A stretch of DNA of 64,000 bases from a bacterium (lineage in GTDB: Bacteria; Bacteroidota; Ignavibacteria; Kapaibacteriales; UBA2268): assembly GCA_043804925.1 (NCBI GenBank), contig JAZDIP010000086.1, positions 17,644-81,643 on the forward strand, given 5' to 3'. The notes beneath the pieces are model-generated. The model was given only the letters and a program-made list of their open reading frames with translations, was not told the origin of the DNA and searched no databases. Positions within the stretch are counted from its first letter, which is position 1. Every line of letters begins with the position of its first letter. Positions 54,001 through 63,147 of the stretch are shown here, piece after piece. A program made the translations under genes and the position numbers.

Positions 54001-54397
54001 CAACGGCAATGGAAATACTCTCGAACTAATATCTCCTGATTTTGATAATGCTTTACCGCAAAGCTGGAGAAATTCGGAAAATTATGGAACTCCCGGAAGA
54101 TTAAATGGGACAGATTCATTAATTCCCTGGAAACATGAAATTGTTTCTATCATGTGTATTCCCAATCCTTTTGATGAGCAAACAACAATAAGGATAAATT
54201 CACTTGCATCAACCAAAGTTGAAATAATAGTATATAATATATTCGGCGAAGAAGTAGATTTCACATACAATGGGAAGCTGGAAAAAGGATTAAACGAGTT
54301 TGAGGTTGATTTAAGTTACTTTCCAAGTGGAGTATATTACTGCATCGTAAAAACAAATGAGCAAAGTTCAACTTTAGTTCTATCGCATATAAGATAA
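51086..54397 (+). CDS. CotH-kinase-family protein fused to FN3, beta-helix, lamin-tail domain and T9SS CTD
   Basis: RIRGDDSR..PKKSLKLKF, LYLNG..LGLYLQIENVD, GNLYKA, HNYFMY...W.MLPWDMD; YWWKVTA; DCIDID/DKGITIG; INEINY...DWVEFYN; PNPF...GVYYCIV. Confidence 0.9.
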   Translation: MKNRFLKISLIALLLISTSGLYANVKEYYITCNPDDFKAIYKNPWPDTYIPITLTFNDRTWENVTLRIRGDDSRGHPKKSLKLKFEGDAFENGRDVLNFNAEYEDPTYMCQYLASLTFRHIGYPCFAAEHARLYLNGIFLGLYLQIENVDDKFLESRGLDPTGNLYKATEDDASLSIYDDIGKSWEKKTNESGSWNDLQQLIDSLFYVPDNEYYDFAKRTFDYNKMIDIFAVNMLLANGSTYYHNYFMYHDIYFTKKWMMLPWDMDKTFSMYGYYYPYHRSSSYSSPDNPYYERALLCEPIFNDIRDRITQLKDDFFDNEFFDPIIDSLITELEPSVEEDTTDNIPDIYEWLHDTEGPKKYVRERYNILQDQFDQWPRSFKVEPTMSYYSDSIKFVWHPSYHAAGKVITYDFYFGSKEQLDDTNTTTIIKNITDTFYVKTDLPPDGTYWWKVTAYDGREYVDGFNFPNPIKIKQGTELPCTITSDMTLTKEESPYFVNCNIEVKSTADIVINEGVDVIFNGDYRILIRGSLQVNGTKKEPVNFLPDEFTKKWDNIYFHYTTRDCHLKNLNVYNGCFYAQNSVIYFDSLNLNFDYQDTAYALPLMYFDLTRANMYNSTIRSNANRGGFDIIGADNCTVKNNYFYNTPDAIEYSLSADGLIENNSINTSTDDCIDIDACRNIIIRGNIIRNAVDKGITIGNENLGAPSLNILLERNIISGCNTGIVVKDSSTVKAINNTLYKNDVAFSCYEKRLGQGGGFLEIENTIISGTDSILYLDPISTAKISYSLSDRRLMEGESNIMADPMFVDPENYDFSLEVGSPCIDAGNPNSPLDPDGTKVDIGAIPYGYRPELPKIVINEINYNSSSTFDTGDWVEFYNAGSYDVDMSGWVFMDSDNSHKYIFPDNFILKKGAYIVLCRQLDRFTSLYPNIKNILGDFSFGLSSTGELIRLYDNDISLIDSVIYGVSTPWPSESNGNGNTLELISPDFDNALPQSWRNSENYGTPGRLNGTDSLIPWKHEIVSIMCIPNPFDEQTTIRINSLASTKVEIIVYNIFGEEVDFTYNGKLEKGLNEFEVDLSYFPSGVYYCIVKTNEQSSTLVLSHIR

Positions 54398-54649
54398 GTG
54401 CAAGACAGAAATACAGAAATACCGAAAATCTGAGACAGTAAGGTTTGAATTGCTAATAAATTATTGACAAATAAAGTCAATCATTTCAGAATTTTACCTG
54501 CTTTTCAAACTTTTTAGGAGTGAATGATTAACCTTTTTTAATCCGAATATCAGCTTTTTGGTTGTTTAATCGGTTTTTCTTTTGTAATTTTAAAGTTTAA
54601 TATTTGAAGATAGAATTATTTTTTAATTATAGAGAAAAACGGATAGTGT

Positions 54650-56629
54650 ATGTACGAGCTAATTAAATTTGTACCGTTAATTCCATTAATTGGCTTTTTA
54701 ATAGTCGGATTATTCGGCAAATATTTGAAGAAAGAAGTTTTAATCGGCGGTATTGCGTCTGCTGCAGTCGGGACTTCTTTTATTTTGTCGCTAATCATTT
54801 TCATTGATATGGCAGGTAACTCCCCGTCCAGTCCTCATATTGTGCCTGTTTTTACCTGGATTCAGGCAGGAGATTTCAGCGTTAACATTTCTTATCAGGC
54901 AGACCAGCTCTCGATTTTGTTCTCACTGATTGTTACAGGTGTCGGCTTTTTGATTCATATTTATTCAATCGGATATATGCATGGTGACAGAAGTTTTTAC
55001 CGCTTCTTTGCATATATGAATTTGTTTATATTCATGATGCTGACTTTGGTGTTATCTAGTAATTACCTTCTGACATTTTTAGGATGGGAAGGTGTTGGAC
55101 TTTGCTCTTATCTGCTGATTGGATTTTGGTACGACAGAAAATTCGACGGATTTAGGATTACCTGGACAGGCGACGCCGCAAACAAAGCTTTTATAGTAAA
55201 CCGAATCGGTGATTTCGGCTTTTTGATTGCCATGTTTTTAATATTTCTGAATTTCAATACACTGGAATATACTCAGGTTTTGGACTCAGCTGCAAGCTCA
55301 TCAAATATATATTACGGTACAGGTTTGATGACTGCTATAACATTATTAATGTTTTTAGGGTGTACCGGGAAATCCGCACAAATACCTCTTGCTGTTTGGC
55401 TGCCGGATGCTATGGCAGGTCCTACTCCTGTATCTGCTTTAATACACGCCGCTACCATGGTAACGGCAGGTATCTTCCTTATAGCAAGAAACTCTGTTCT
55501 TTTTGCTTTGGCTCCTGTATCAATGGAAGTAGTAATGATTGTTGGAATATTTACAGCTTTCACAGCTGCTTCGATAGGTATAGTACAAAATGATTTCAAA
55601 AAAGTTTTGGCATATTCAACAGTTAGTCAGTTGGGATTTATGTTTGCGGCATTGGGTGTTGGTGCATTTACAGCCGGTGTATTTCATGTAATGACACACG
55701 CATTTTTCAAGGGACTACTCTTTCTCGCTGCAGGTGCAGTTATCCACGGAATGCACGACGAACAGAATGTTAAACGAATGGGTGGCTTGAACCATCACAT
55801 GCCAACGACATATAAAACTTTCTTTGTAGCAACTTTGGCAATTGCCGGAATTCCTTTGTTTAGCGGATTCTTTTCCAAGGATGAAATTTTGTGGCTGACA
55901 TTCTCAAACGGAGGTTGGTTTGCATGGCTGGTATTGGCAACTGCGGCTTTCTTCACTGCATTCTATATGTTCAGATTGCTAAAACTGGTATTTCACGGAA
56001 AGGAAAGATTCGACCATCATAAAGTTCATCCTCACGAAGCACCAAAAACAATGCTGTTTGCACTCGTAACACTTGCAATTCTGTCAGCTTTCGGAGGATT
56101 TCTTGGAATTCCCGAAGCATTAGGCGGATGGTTTTCGGGACATCCCAACCTGATACATAGTTGGTTATTACCTGTATTTTCGGATGCTGAAAAAATAATA
56201 ATCAGGTATTCGCCCCTTCATGCTCATTCTTCTCACATAGTCGAGTATCTGTTTATGCTTATTTCTATTGCCGTAGCAGTTGGTGCAATCTTGCTTGCAA
56301 AGAAATTTTATGATGATGAAGAGTGGACTGTACCAAGAATGCTGGCAAAGAAATTCACAGGTGCCTATAAACTTTTATGGCATAAATATTATTTGGATAA
56401 TTTATACTTTAGCGTAATTATTGACCCATTGGTTACTACTTCGAGAAATCTATTATGGAGTATTTTCGATGTAAAAATAATTGACGGTATCGTTAACGGA
56501 TTAGCTGAAGTTACAACATCAAGTGGCGAGATTGTCAGGAAAATCCAGAATGGTATAGCACAAAACTATGCAACCATGATGATTGGCGGTATTGTTGTGA
56601 TTTTAGCTTGGCTTTTAATTAGTTTATAA
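54650..56629 (+). CDS. nuoL: NADH-quinone oxidoreductase subunit L
   Basis: GWEGVGLCSYLLIGFW, NRIGD, GKSAQIPL.VWLPDAMAGPTPVSALIHAATMV, THAFFKGLLFL. Confidence 0.97.
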   Translation: MYELIKFVPLIPLIGFLIVGLFGKYLKKEVLIGGIASAAVGTSFILSLIIFIDMAGNSPSSPHIVPVFTWIQAGDFSVNISYQADQLSILFSLIVTGVGFLIHIYSIGYMHGDRSFYRFFAYMNLFIFMMLTLVLSSNYLLTFLGWEGVGLCSYLLIGFWYDRKFDGFRITWTGDAANKAFIVNRIGDFGFLIAMFLIFLNFNTLEYTQVLDSAASSSNIYYGTGLMTAITLLMFLGCTGKSAQIPLAVWLPDAMAGPTPVSALIHAATMVTAGIFLIARNSVLFALAPVSMEVVMIVGIFTAFTAASIGIVQNDFKKVLAYSTVSQLGFMFAALGVGAFTAGVFHVMTHAFFKGLLFLAAGAVIHGMHDEQNVKRMGGLNHHMPTTYKTFFVATLAIAGIPLFSGFFSKDEILWLTFSNGGWFAWLVLATAAFFTAFYMFRLLKLVFHGKERFDHHKVHPHEAPKTMLFALVTLAILSAFGGFLGIPEALGGWFSGHPNLIHSWLLPVFSDAEKIIIRYSPLHAHSSHIVEYLFMLISIAVAVGAILLAKKFYDDEEWTVPRMLAKKFTGAYKLLWHKYYLDNLYFSVIIDPLVTTSRNLLWSIFDVKIIDGIVNGLAEVTTSSGEIVRKIQNGIAQNYATMMIGGIVVILAWLLISL

Positions 56630-56767
56630 AGTTTATAATGTTTGTAAAGTTAATAAAGAATTACAAGTAATAAGTTAAAATGTTGGAAAAATTAAGTTGA
56701 TTAAATTAATAATTTGATATTTTAAAATTGATTGAAAATTGAAAATTTCAAATTGAAAATTAGAAAT
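56621..56767 (+). repeat. Mixed 7-9-bp degenerate tandem repeats filling the nuoL-nuoM spacer
   Basis: agtttataa agtttataa tgtttgtaa agtt...; aaattga ttgaaaa ttgaaaa tttcaaa ttgaaaa ttagaaa. Confidence 0.7.
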
Positions 56768-56797
56768 AAATGTATGATTTTAAATTTTAGATAAAAT

Positions 56798-58381
56798 ATG
56801 ACAGCACTTTTATTGACATTATTTTTGCCTTTGGCAGGTTCGCTCTTATTATTATTTGTTAAAAAAGAACAAACGCAGGTAATCAAGATTGGGGCTTTGG
56901 TTTTTTCAATCCTTTCTTTCATTGCGAGTATATTTCTTATTTTGAATTTCGACCCAAACAATCCCGGATTCCAGTTTGTTATCAATCAAATCTGGGTGGA
57001 ATCTTTTGATGCGGGCTTCAGAGTTGGAGTTGACGGTATGTCAATGTTGTTGCTAATGCTAACGACATTTATATCTCCAATAACAATTCTATCCTCATTC
57101 TATTCCATTCACAAAAGGGATAAAGAATATTATGTTATGATGTTGTTGCTTCAGTTTGGTATGACCGGAGTATTTCTATCATTGGATTTATTCTTGTTCT
57201 ATATTTTCTGGGAAATAATTTTAATCCCGATGTATTTCATCATCGGTGTTTGGGGCGGCAAAAACAGAATATATGCAGCGGTAAAATTCTTTATCTTTAC
57301 TGTAGTAGGTTCACTGTTCATGCTTGTTGCAATAGTCTGGCTTGGACATTATGTCGGAACCGAGATTATAAAAAATGCTCAGGGATTTACAACAAACTTT
57401 ATGATAATCAGGGATGTTTCTTTTAATATTCCTTTTGACATACAGAAATGGATGTTCATTGCATTTGCTCTTTCGTTCTGTATTAAAGTCCCTTTGTTTC
57501 CCCTGCATACTTGGCTGCCCGATGCACATACGGAAGCACCAACTCCCGGTTCTGTCATATTAGCCGGAGTTTTGCTGAAGATGGGTACTTACGGTTTGGT
57601 CAGATTTAATCTCGAGTTGTTCCCTCATGCATCCTTTGCCTATGCTTCACCAATCGCATGGTTAGCTGTCATTGGAATTATTTATGGAGCTTTGGTATCG
57701 TTGGTCCAAACAGATATTAAAAAGTTGGTTGCCTATTCATCTGTTAGCCATCTTGGTTTTGTTGTTCTGGGAATATTTTCCATGACGGTTGTAGGTATCC
57801 AAGGAGCAATAATTCAGATGGTAAACCACGGTTTGACGACAGGTATGTTATTCCTTGTTGTAGGTATGATATACGAAAGGAGGCATACAAGAGAGATTTC
57901 GGAATTCGGAGGTATTGCCCGTGTTATGCCTGCTTTTACAGTATTCTTTGGTATAGCATTATTAGGTTCTGTCGGATTGCCAGGTCTTAATGGTTTTGTA
58001 GGAGAGTATCTGACATTGCTTGGTGCATTTACTTCACCATTCCTTAATTCATGGTCTTATACTATAATAGCAGCATCGGGTGTGATATTTGCGGCTTGCT
58101 ATTTGCTCTGGATGTTCCAAAGGGTTATGTTTGGTACAAACGATAATCCTCAAAATCACAACCTGAAAGATCTGAATAAAAAGGAATGGGCTACTTTAGT
58201 ACCGATTGTAATATTTATTGTATGGATTGGTGTGTATCCATCCACATTTTTAAATATTTCCGAGAACTCGACAAAGGCATTAGTCAATAAATTAGAGTTT
58301 ATCAAATTCGGTAAGACACGGTACGAACTGCCTACCGAAATTGACAGAATTAAAATGGAACAGGAACAAAATTCAAAATAA
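56798..58381 (+). CDS. nuoM: NADH-quinone oxidoreductase subunit M
   Basis: GVDGMS, FWEIILIPMYFIIGVWG, KVPLFPLHTWLPDAHTEAPT, LLKMGTYG, AYSSVSH. Confidence 0.97.
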   Translation: MTALLLTLFLPLAGSLLLLFVKKEQTQVIKIGALVFSILSFIASIFLILNFDPNNPGFQFVINQIWVESFDAGFRVGVDGMSMLLLMLTTFISPITILSSFYSIHKRDKEYYVMMLLLQFGMTGVFLSLDLFLFYIFWEIILIPMYFIIGVWGGKNRIYAAVKFFIFTVVGSLFMLVAIVWLGHYVGTEIIKNAQGFTTNFMIIRDVSFNIPFDIQKWMFIAFALSFCIKVPLFPLHTWLPDAHTEAPTPGSVILAGVLLKMGTYGLVRFNLELFPHASFAYASPIAWLAVIGIIYGALVSLVQTDIKKLVAYSSVSHLGFVVLGIFSMTVVGIQGAIIQMVNHGLTTGMLFLVVGMIYERRHTREISEFGGIARVMPAFTVFFGIALLGSVGLPGLNGFVGEYLTLLGAFTSPFLNSWSYTIIAASGVIFAACYLLWMFQRVMFGTNDNPQNHNLKDLNKKEWATLVPIVIFIVWIGVYPSTFLNISENSTKALVNKLEFIKFGKTRYELPTEIDRIKMEQEQNSK

Positions 58382-58421
58382 TTTTTTTAATAATTTATGT
58401 TAATGATATCAGGTGTGAAAA

Positions 58422-59909
58422 ATGTTTAGTGAAATACAATTAGGTTCATCTTTAATATTAATATCGTTTTTTGCGATTACAATCGTTGTTGTAGATGCAC
58501 TTTTTCAAAAAAATAAAAATGTAGGATTTTTCTATGCCCTGTTCGGTTTGGTCTTAACAGGAGTTGCCTCAGCTGTTAATTTAGTACAGGCACCTTCAAT
58601 TGTTTTACCTATGAACACAGAAAACCTGATATCAAAAGGTATGATTGTCTTTGGGGGATATTCCTCTTTTTTTGATATTTTGTTTTGTCTCGGTGCGATT
58701 CTCACAATGTTTGCCTCGAGGGATTATCTGAAAAGAGAATATCAAGAATACACCGAATTCTATTCCCTCATAATTTTTTCAGTAACCGGTATGATGATGA
58801 TAGGACATGCAAACAATATGCTGATGTTGTTCATCGGAATTGAGTTAATGTCAATACCTTTTTACATTCTTGCAGGATTTATCAGAACAAACATCAAATC
58901 AGTCGAAGCATCCTTAAAATATTTTCTCTTGGGTGCATTTGCAACAGGATTCCTCCTTTACGGAATCGCAATGATTTATGGAGCAACCGGAACAATGGAC
59001 TTAGCAGGCATTACCGAAGCACTGAAAAACGGAGTAAATTCGCAAGTAATTCTGGTAATTGGAATTGGCTTAATGATTGTCGGCTTGAGTTTCAAGGTTG
59101 CCGCATTTCCTTTTCATCAATGGGCTCCTGACGTTTACCATGGCTCACCGACAGTTGTAACTGCTTTTATGAGCACAACAGGTAAAGCCGCCGCTGTTCT
59201 CGCATTCATAGTTATTGCGAAACACTTAATGCCTGAAAAGATTATATCAGGTAAATTGAGCTTTGATACTAATACTTTACAAAATATAATAGCAGTTATT
59301 GCCGCCGCTACAATGTTGGTTGGAAATATTACTGCTTTAATGCAAAAGAATGTTAAACGAATGCTCGCATATTCTTCAGTCGCACATGCCGGTTACCTAC
59401 TGATGGGAATCGTAGCAAATTCACAATATGGATGGCAGGGTATTACATTTTATGCAACTGCATATCTCTTCATGCAAATTGGAGCATTCATTATTGTTGG
59501 CCTAATCGAAAAAGGACCGGACTCAAATTTGAATATTGAAGACTATGCAGGATTGAGCAAGAGCCACCCGATGTTAGCCGCTATGATGGCTATGTTTATG
59601 CTGTCGCTTGCGGGAATACCGCCAATGGCTGGGTTCTTCGGCAAGTATTATTTATTCAGGGCAGCTATTGATTCCGGTTTTACATGGCTGACAATAGTTG
59701 CAGTTGTAGCAACAATCATCTCGATGTATTTTTACATCAGCTTGATAATTCAGATGTATTTCAAGGACAGAACCGAAAAAGACCTTGAATTTAAAACAGG
59801 TCTTAGTTTGGTTTCTTTGCTCATCTGCACTGTCGGGATTTTATTATTTGGTTTCTTCCCATCACTCCTTCTGGATTTAACCAAACAATGTTTCCAGTTG
59901 TTGGGGTAA
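58422..59909 (+). CDS. nuoN: NADH-quinone oxidoreductase subunit N
   Basis: EASLKYFLLG, FKVAAFPFHQWAPDVYHGSPT, KRMLAYSSVAHAGY, SLAGIPP..GFFGK. Confidence 0.97.
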   Translation: MFSEIQLGSSLILISFFAITIVVVDALFQKNKNVGFFYALFGLVLTGVASAVNLVQAPSIVLPMNTENLISKGMIVFGGYSSFFDILFCLGAILTMFASRDYLKREYQEYTEFYSLIIFSVTGMMMIGHANNMLMLFIGIELMSIPFYILAGFIRTNIKSVEASLKYFLLGAFATGFLLYGIAMIYGATGTMDLAGITEALKNGVNSQVILVIGIGLMIVGLSFKVAAFPFHQWAPDVYHGSPTVVTAFMSTTGKAAAVLAFIVIAKHLMPEKIISGKLSFDTNTLQNIIAVIAAATMLVGNITALMQKNVKRMLAYSSVAHAGYLLMGIVANSQYGWQGITFYATAYLFMQIGAFIIVGLIEKGPDSNLNIEDYAGLSKSHPMLAAMMAMFMLSLAGIPPMAGFFGKYYLFRAAIDSGFTWLTIVAVVATIISMYFYISLIIQMYFKDRTEKDLEFKTGLSLVSLLICTVGILLFGFFPSLLLDLTKQCFQLLG

Positions 59910-59929
59910 GACATTGATGAAAATATGGA

Positions 59930-59952
59930 GTCATACTGAGCTTGTCGAAGGA
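59930..59952 (+). repeat. Single REP-like unit between convergent genes
   Basis: GTCATACTGAGCTTGTCGAAGGA, resembling the GTCA.CCTGAGCTTGTCGAAGG intergenic motif I recall from Bacteroidota. Confidence 0.5.
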
Positions 59953-59956
59953 TATA

Positions 59957-60763
59957 TTATTCACTCAACTTCGCTTCATCCCAAAAGGCATCCATCTCGA
60001 CGAGTGTCATATCGGACAGTTTCTTTCCCTGTTCCTTTGCCTTTGACTCGATATATTGAAACCTGCGGATAAATTTGTCGTTCGTTTTTTGAAGGGCTTC
60101 TTCGGCAACTACTTCCTCGAACCTTGCGGCATTGACTATTGCAAAAATAATATCTCCTAATTCTTCGGATGCTTTTTCAAAATTATTTGCTTCAATCTCT
60201 TTTCTGAATTCGGCTAATTCTTCTTCGATTTTATCCCATGCACCATTTTTATTATCCCAATCAAATCCGACCTTCGATGCTTTGAACTGTATTCTTTGGG
60301 CTCTCATCAGAGCTGGCAAAGTCTTCGGGACTCCCTGCAAAATTGATTTTTGACCTTCCTCGATTTTCAGGTTTTCCCAATTTTTCATAACGTCTTTTTC
60401 ACCGTTTATCGCTACATTACCAAATACATGTGGATGGCGATGGACAAGCTTCTTGCTGATTTTTTTAAGGACATCAACCATATTGAAGCTGCCCCTTTCC
60501 TCGGCAATAACAGAATGCATAACGACATGCAGTAATATGTCACCAAGTTCTTTTGAGAACTCGTCATCATCATTGTCATTTATTGCTTCAATTGCCTCGT
60601 AAGTTTCTTCTATTAAAAGTTGTGATATTGTCTTGTTCGTTTGCCTTCTATCCCAGGGACATTCTTTTCTTAAGATTTCCACTATTTCATAAAAGTTCAA
60701 AAACTGGTCTGATAAGCTGTTCGGGTCTTTTGGTTTCGGCATTTCAACTTTATTATTTTCCAT
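59957..60763 (-). CDS. mazG: Nucleoside triphosphate pyrophosphohydrolase MazG
   Basis: LRKECPWDRRQT, EETYE, ELGDILL, RHPHVFG, GFDW, EELAE, EELGD, KFIRRF. Confidence 0.96.
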   Translation of the reverse strand: MENNKVEMPKPKDPNSLSDQFLNFYEIVEILRKECPWDRRQTNKTISQLLIEETYEAIEAINDNDDDEFSKELGDILLHVVMHSVIAEERGSFNMVDVLKKISKKLVHRHPHVFGNVAINGEKDVMKNWENLKIEEGQKSILQGVPKTLPALMRAQRIQFKASKVGFDWDNKNGAWDKIEEELAEFRKEIEANNFEKASEELGDIIFAIVNAARFEEVVAEEALQKTNDKFIRRFQYIESKAKEQGKKLSDMTLVEMDAFWDEAKLSE

Positions 60764-60793
60764 AATTCTATTCAAACGATATTAAAATAAATC

Positions 60794-60820
60794 AACACTT
60801 AACACTCAACACTTAAAATT
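60794..60820 (-). repeat. Heptamer repeat (AACACTT)n
   Basis: aacactt aacactc aacactt aaaatt, abutting the stop of the DUF2851 gene. Confidence 0.7.
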
Positions 60821-61811
60821 AATCACTGCTTGCCCTTCCTACTCTGTAAAAATTCAATATTTCAGCAAAGCCGTAATCTCTAACAGCATCAGAGACGACT
60901 GAACGCTTATTTCCGTATTCTTTTAAATATTCGAGCATGCCCTGCTGTTGCCAGATAAAATTTTGCGGTAAATTTTTAAATCTTCTTGTTAAAACTCCGT
61001 AAACATTCAAAGCAGGGGTGGACCAGTACCAATGGAAAAGCAAAATTCTTGTTTCTTCATCGGCAAGACAAAGAGCTAATGGAAGAATGCAATTCAGGAT
61101 TATTTCCTGTCTAAGATTTTGACCTTCGGAAGCAATTTTTCCTTTCATTAGTTTCGGCATTAAATCAAGCACCGGAATTGGCTTTTGCTGTTGAATCAAA
61201 TCAAGAAAACCATAGATACCCGTATCATTCATATTGACGATAATTTCCTTTAATTCAGTGTCTTTGTAAACCGGTCTGTGTTTCCTTTTGTTATACCTGT
61301 CCATGAAACGCGAAGTAATAATACGGACAGCATCACCCAGTTCTGAAAAATCAATAACTTTTTTTGCATCAACCGTTTTCTTTAATAACCTGATGAGTGC
61401 ATAATCCTGCAAATCATTTAAAGAATCAACATCGGGCAGAGGAGTTTCGCTGACCTTGCTCAACTTTGCCATTAGCTCCACTTTGCTTACAATAAGAGTT
61501 TCAAACGGCATTTGTTTTTTTAAATCATTTTCTAATACAATATGCAAGATTACTGAATTGTATTCAGGATTTGTATCATGTGAATGATTGAACCAATCAG
61601 AAGCTTTTTTGTGAAATTCGGAATCACCGATTATAATATCACCATTAATCAGTATTGCCGAATCCCGAAAATCAGGACCTGAATATACATTTATTCTACC
61701 CGGAGAGAGAATTTGCAGACGCTTACCGCTCAGCGTTTCCCTTGTTACGGAAGGGTCGGACAGCAATAAATGTACAGCCCTTTGCAGTTCAATTTCATGA
61801 AATTCTTTCAT
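60819..61811 (-). CDS. DUF2851-family protein
   Basis: ILSPGRIN...GPDFRDS...GDSEFHKKASDWFNHSHDTNPEYNSVILHIV. Confidence 0.8.
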   Translation of the reverse strand: MKEFHEIELQRAVHLLLSDPSVTRETLSGKRLQILSPGRINVYSGPDFRDSAILINGDIIIGDSEFHKKASDWFNHSHDTNPEYNSVILHIVLENDLKKQMPFETLIVSKVELMAKLSKVSETPLPDVDSLNDLQDYALIRLLKKTVDAKKVIDFSELGDAVRIITSRFMDRYNKRKHRPVYKDTELKEIIVNMNDTGIYGFLDLIQQQKPIPVLDLMPKLMKGKIASEGQNLRQEIILNCILPLALCLADEETRILLFHWYWSTPALNVYGVLTRRFKNLPQNFIWQQQGMLEYLKEYGNKRSVVSDAVRDYGFAEILNFYRVGRASSD

Positions 61812-61813
61812 AA

Positions 61814-62626
61814 TTATTTCCCTGCACTATTGAACGCATTTCGATAATATTCAGTTTTTTTTCTAACAGCATCAGCAAAGTTTGTGTCTTTTGAAGCATA
61901 AATAATATCCCTCGAAACATTTATAATTGCCGGTCCTCCTGAATTTGCCGAAATTGCATCTCCAATGCTTCCGCCCTGAGAACCAATTCCGGGAATAAGC
62001 AGACAATGTTCGGGAATTATTTTTCTTATATCCTTGAGTTCCTGCGGATGAGTAGCTCCAATAACATATCCCAATTGCTCTTTTCCTGACCAATTCATGC
62101 TTGTTTCGATTACTGATTGATAAAGTGATTTTCCGTTTGATACAATCCTCTGAAAATCATTTGAGCCGGAATTTGAAGTTATTGCGAGCAGAAAAACCAT
62201 TTTATCTTTAAACTCCAGAAAGGGAGCAACGGAATCTTTTCCCATGTAGGGATTAACCGTAATCGAATCAGCTTTGAAATATTCAAATACTGATTTTGCA
62301 TAAGCACTCGATGTATTCCCGATATCCCCGCGTTTCGCATCGGCTATCGTAAAAATGTCTTTTGGAATATAATCAAATGTTTCTTTCAATACCTTGAAAC
62401 CTTCAACTCCATATTGCTCATAGAAAGCATAGTTGATTTTGTAGGCACAAACCAAATCCTTTGTACTGTCAATTATTGCTTTGTTGAATTCTAATAATGC
62501 ATCAACATCATTGCCAAGATGTTCCGGTATTTTGGATAAATCTGAATCCAAACCGACACATAAAAGTGAATTATTTTGCTTTTGAATATTGTTTATTTTT
62601 TCTAATGCTGTCATAAAAACCTTCAT
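61814..62626 (-). CDS. pyrF: Orotidine-5'-phosphate decarboxylase
   Basis: LCVGLD, AYKIN.AFYE, DAKRGDIGNT, TVNPYMG, VIGAT, LIPGIGSQGG, NVSR. Confidence 0.97.
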   Translation of the reverse strand: MKVFMTALEKINNIQKQNNSLLCVGLDSDLSKIPEHLGNDVDALLEFNKAIIDSTKDLVCAYKINYAFYEQYGVEGFKVLKETFDYIPKDIFTIADAKRGDIGNTSSAYAKSVFEYFKADSITVNPYMGKDSVAPFLEFKDKMVFLLAITSNSGSNDFQRIVSNGKSLYQSVIETSMNWSGKEQLGYVIGATHPQELKDIRKIIPEHCLLIPGIGSQGGSIGDAISANSGGPAIINVSRDIIYASKDTNFADAVRKKTEYYRNAFNSAGK

Positions 62627-62649
62627 TTATTTTAAAATCACTTTTTTCT

Positions 62650-62729
62650 TTACACCTCCCCTAACCCCTCCTTGTTAGGAGGGGAAATTTTTGTTCCCCC
62701 TCTATCAAGAGGGGGTTAGGGGGTGTGTT
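62650..62729. repeat. 80-bp REPIN-like repeat, copy 1
   Basis: TTACACCTCCCCTAACCCCTCCTTGTTAGGAGGGG...CCCCCTCTATCAAGAGGGGGTTAGGGGGTGTGTT; two hairpins inside an outer inverted repeat. Confidence 0.9.
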
Positions 62730-63114
62730 ATTCCCCTTTTTTCAAATTTTTCTTTTCAAACCATTCAACATATTCTTCAATCTTTTTAACTACCTTATTT
62801 GGATTTCCAAGAACTTCATCATCTGTAAATCTCAAAATATTAAATCCAATTTCCTTTATAAAATTATCTTTTTTCAAATCATTTTCTTTTACTTTTTCGG
62901 ATTCATGTGTATATCCATCAACTTCTATTACCAAATTCAAATCAAATGAATAAAAATCAAAAATAAAATCACCTATTGGTTTTTGTCTATGAAAATCATA
63001 ACCACTCAACTGGTCTTCTTTCAAAGCATACCATAATGACTTTTCAGCATAAGTCGGATTATTTCTCATTTGCCTTGCCAATTCTTTCAGTTTTGGATTA
63101 TAATATATTTTCAT
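62728..63114 (-). CDS. DUF559 (Vsr-like) endonuclease-domain protein
   Basis: YNPKLKELARQMRNNPTYAEKSLW..L...FHRQKPIG.FIFDFY....LVIEVDGYTH...D...G..ILRF; ATG at 63114 with GGAG RBS. Confidence 0.93.
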   Translation of the reverse strand: MKIYYNPKLKELARQMRNNPTYAEKSLWYALKEDQLSGYDFHRQKPIGDFIFDFYSFDLNLVIEVDGYTHESEKVKENDLKKDNFIKEIGFNILRFTDDEVLGNPNKVVKKIEEYVEWFEKKNLKKGE

Positions 63115-63147
63115 AATCTCCAAGTATTTATTCAAACCAAATCTTTC

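Noticed and set aside
62723-62953. Two plus-strand ORFs in the DUF559 cassette
   Set aside because: Low-complexity antisense shadows of the DUF559 gene
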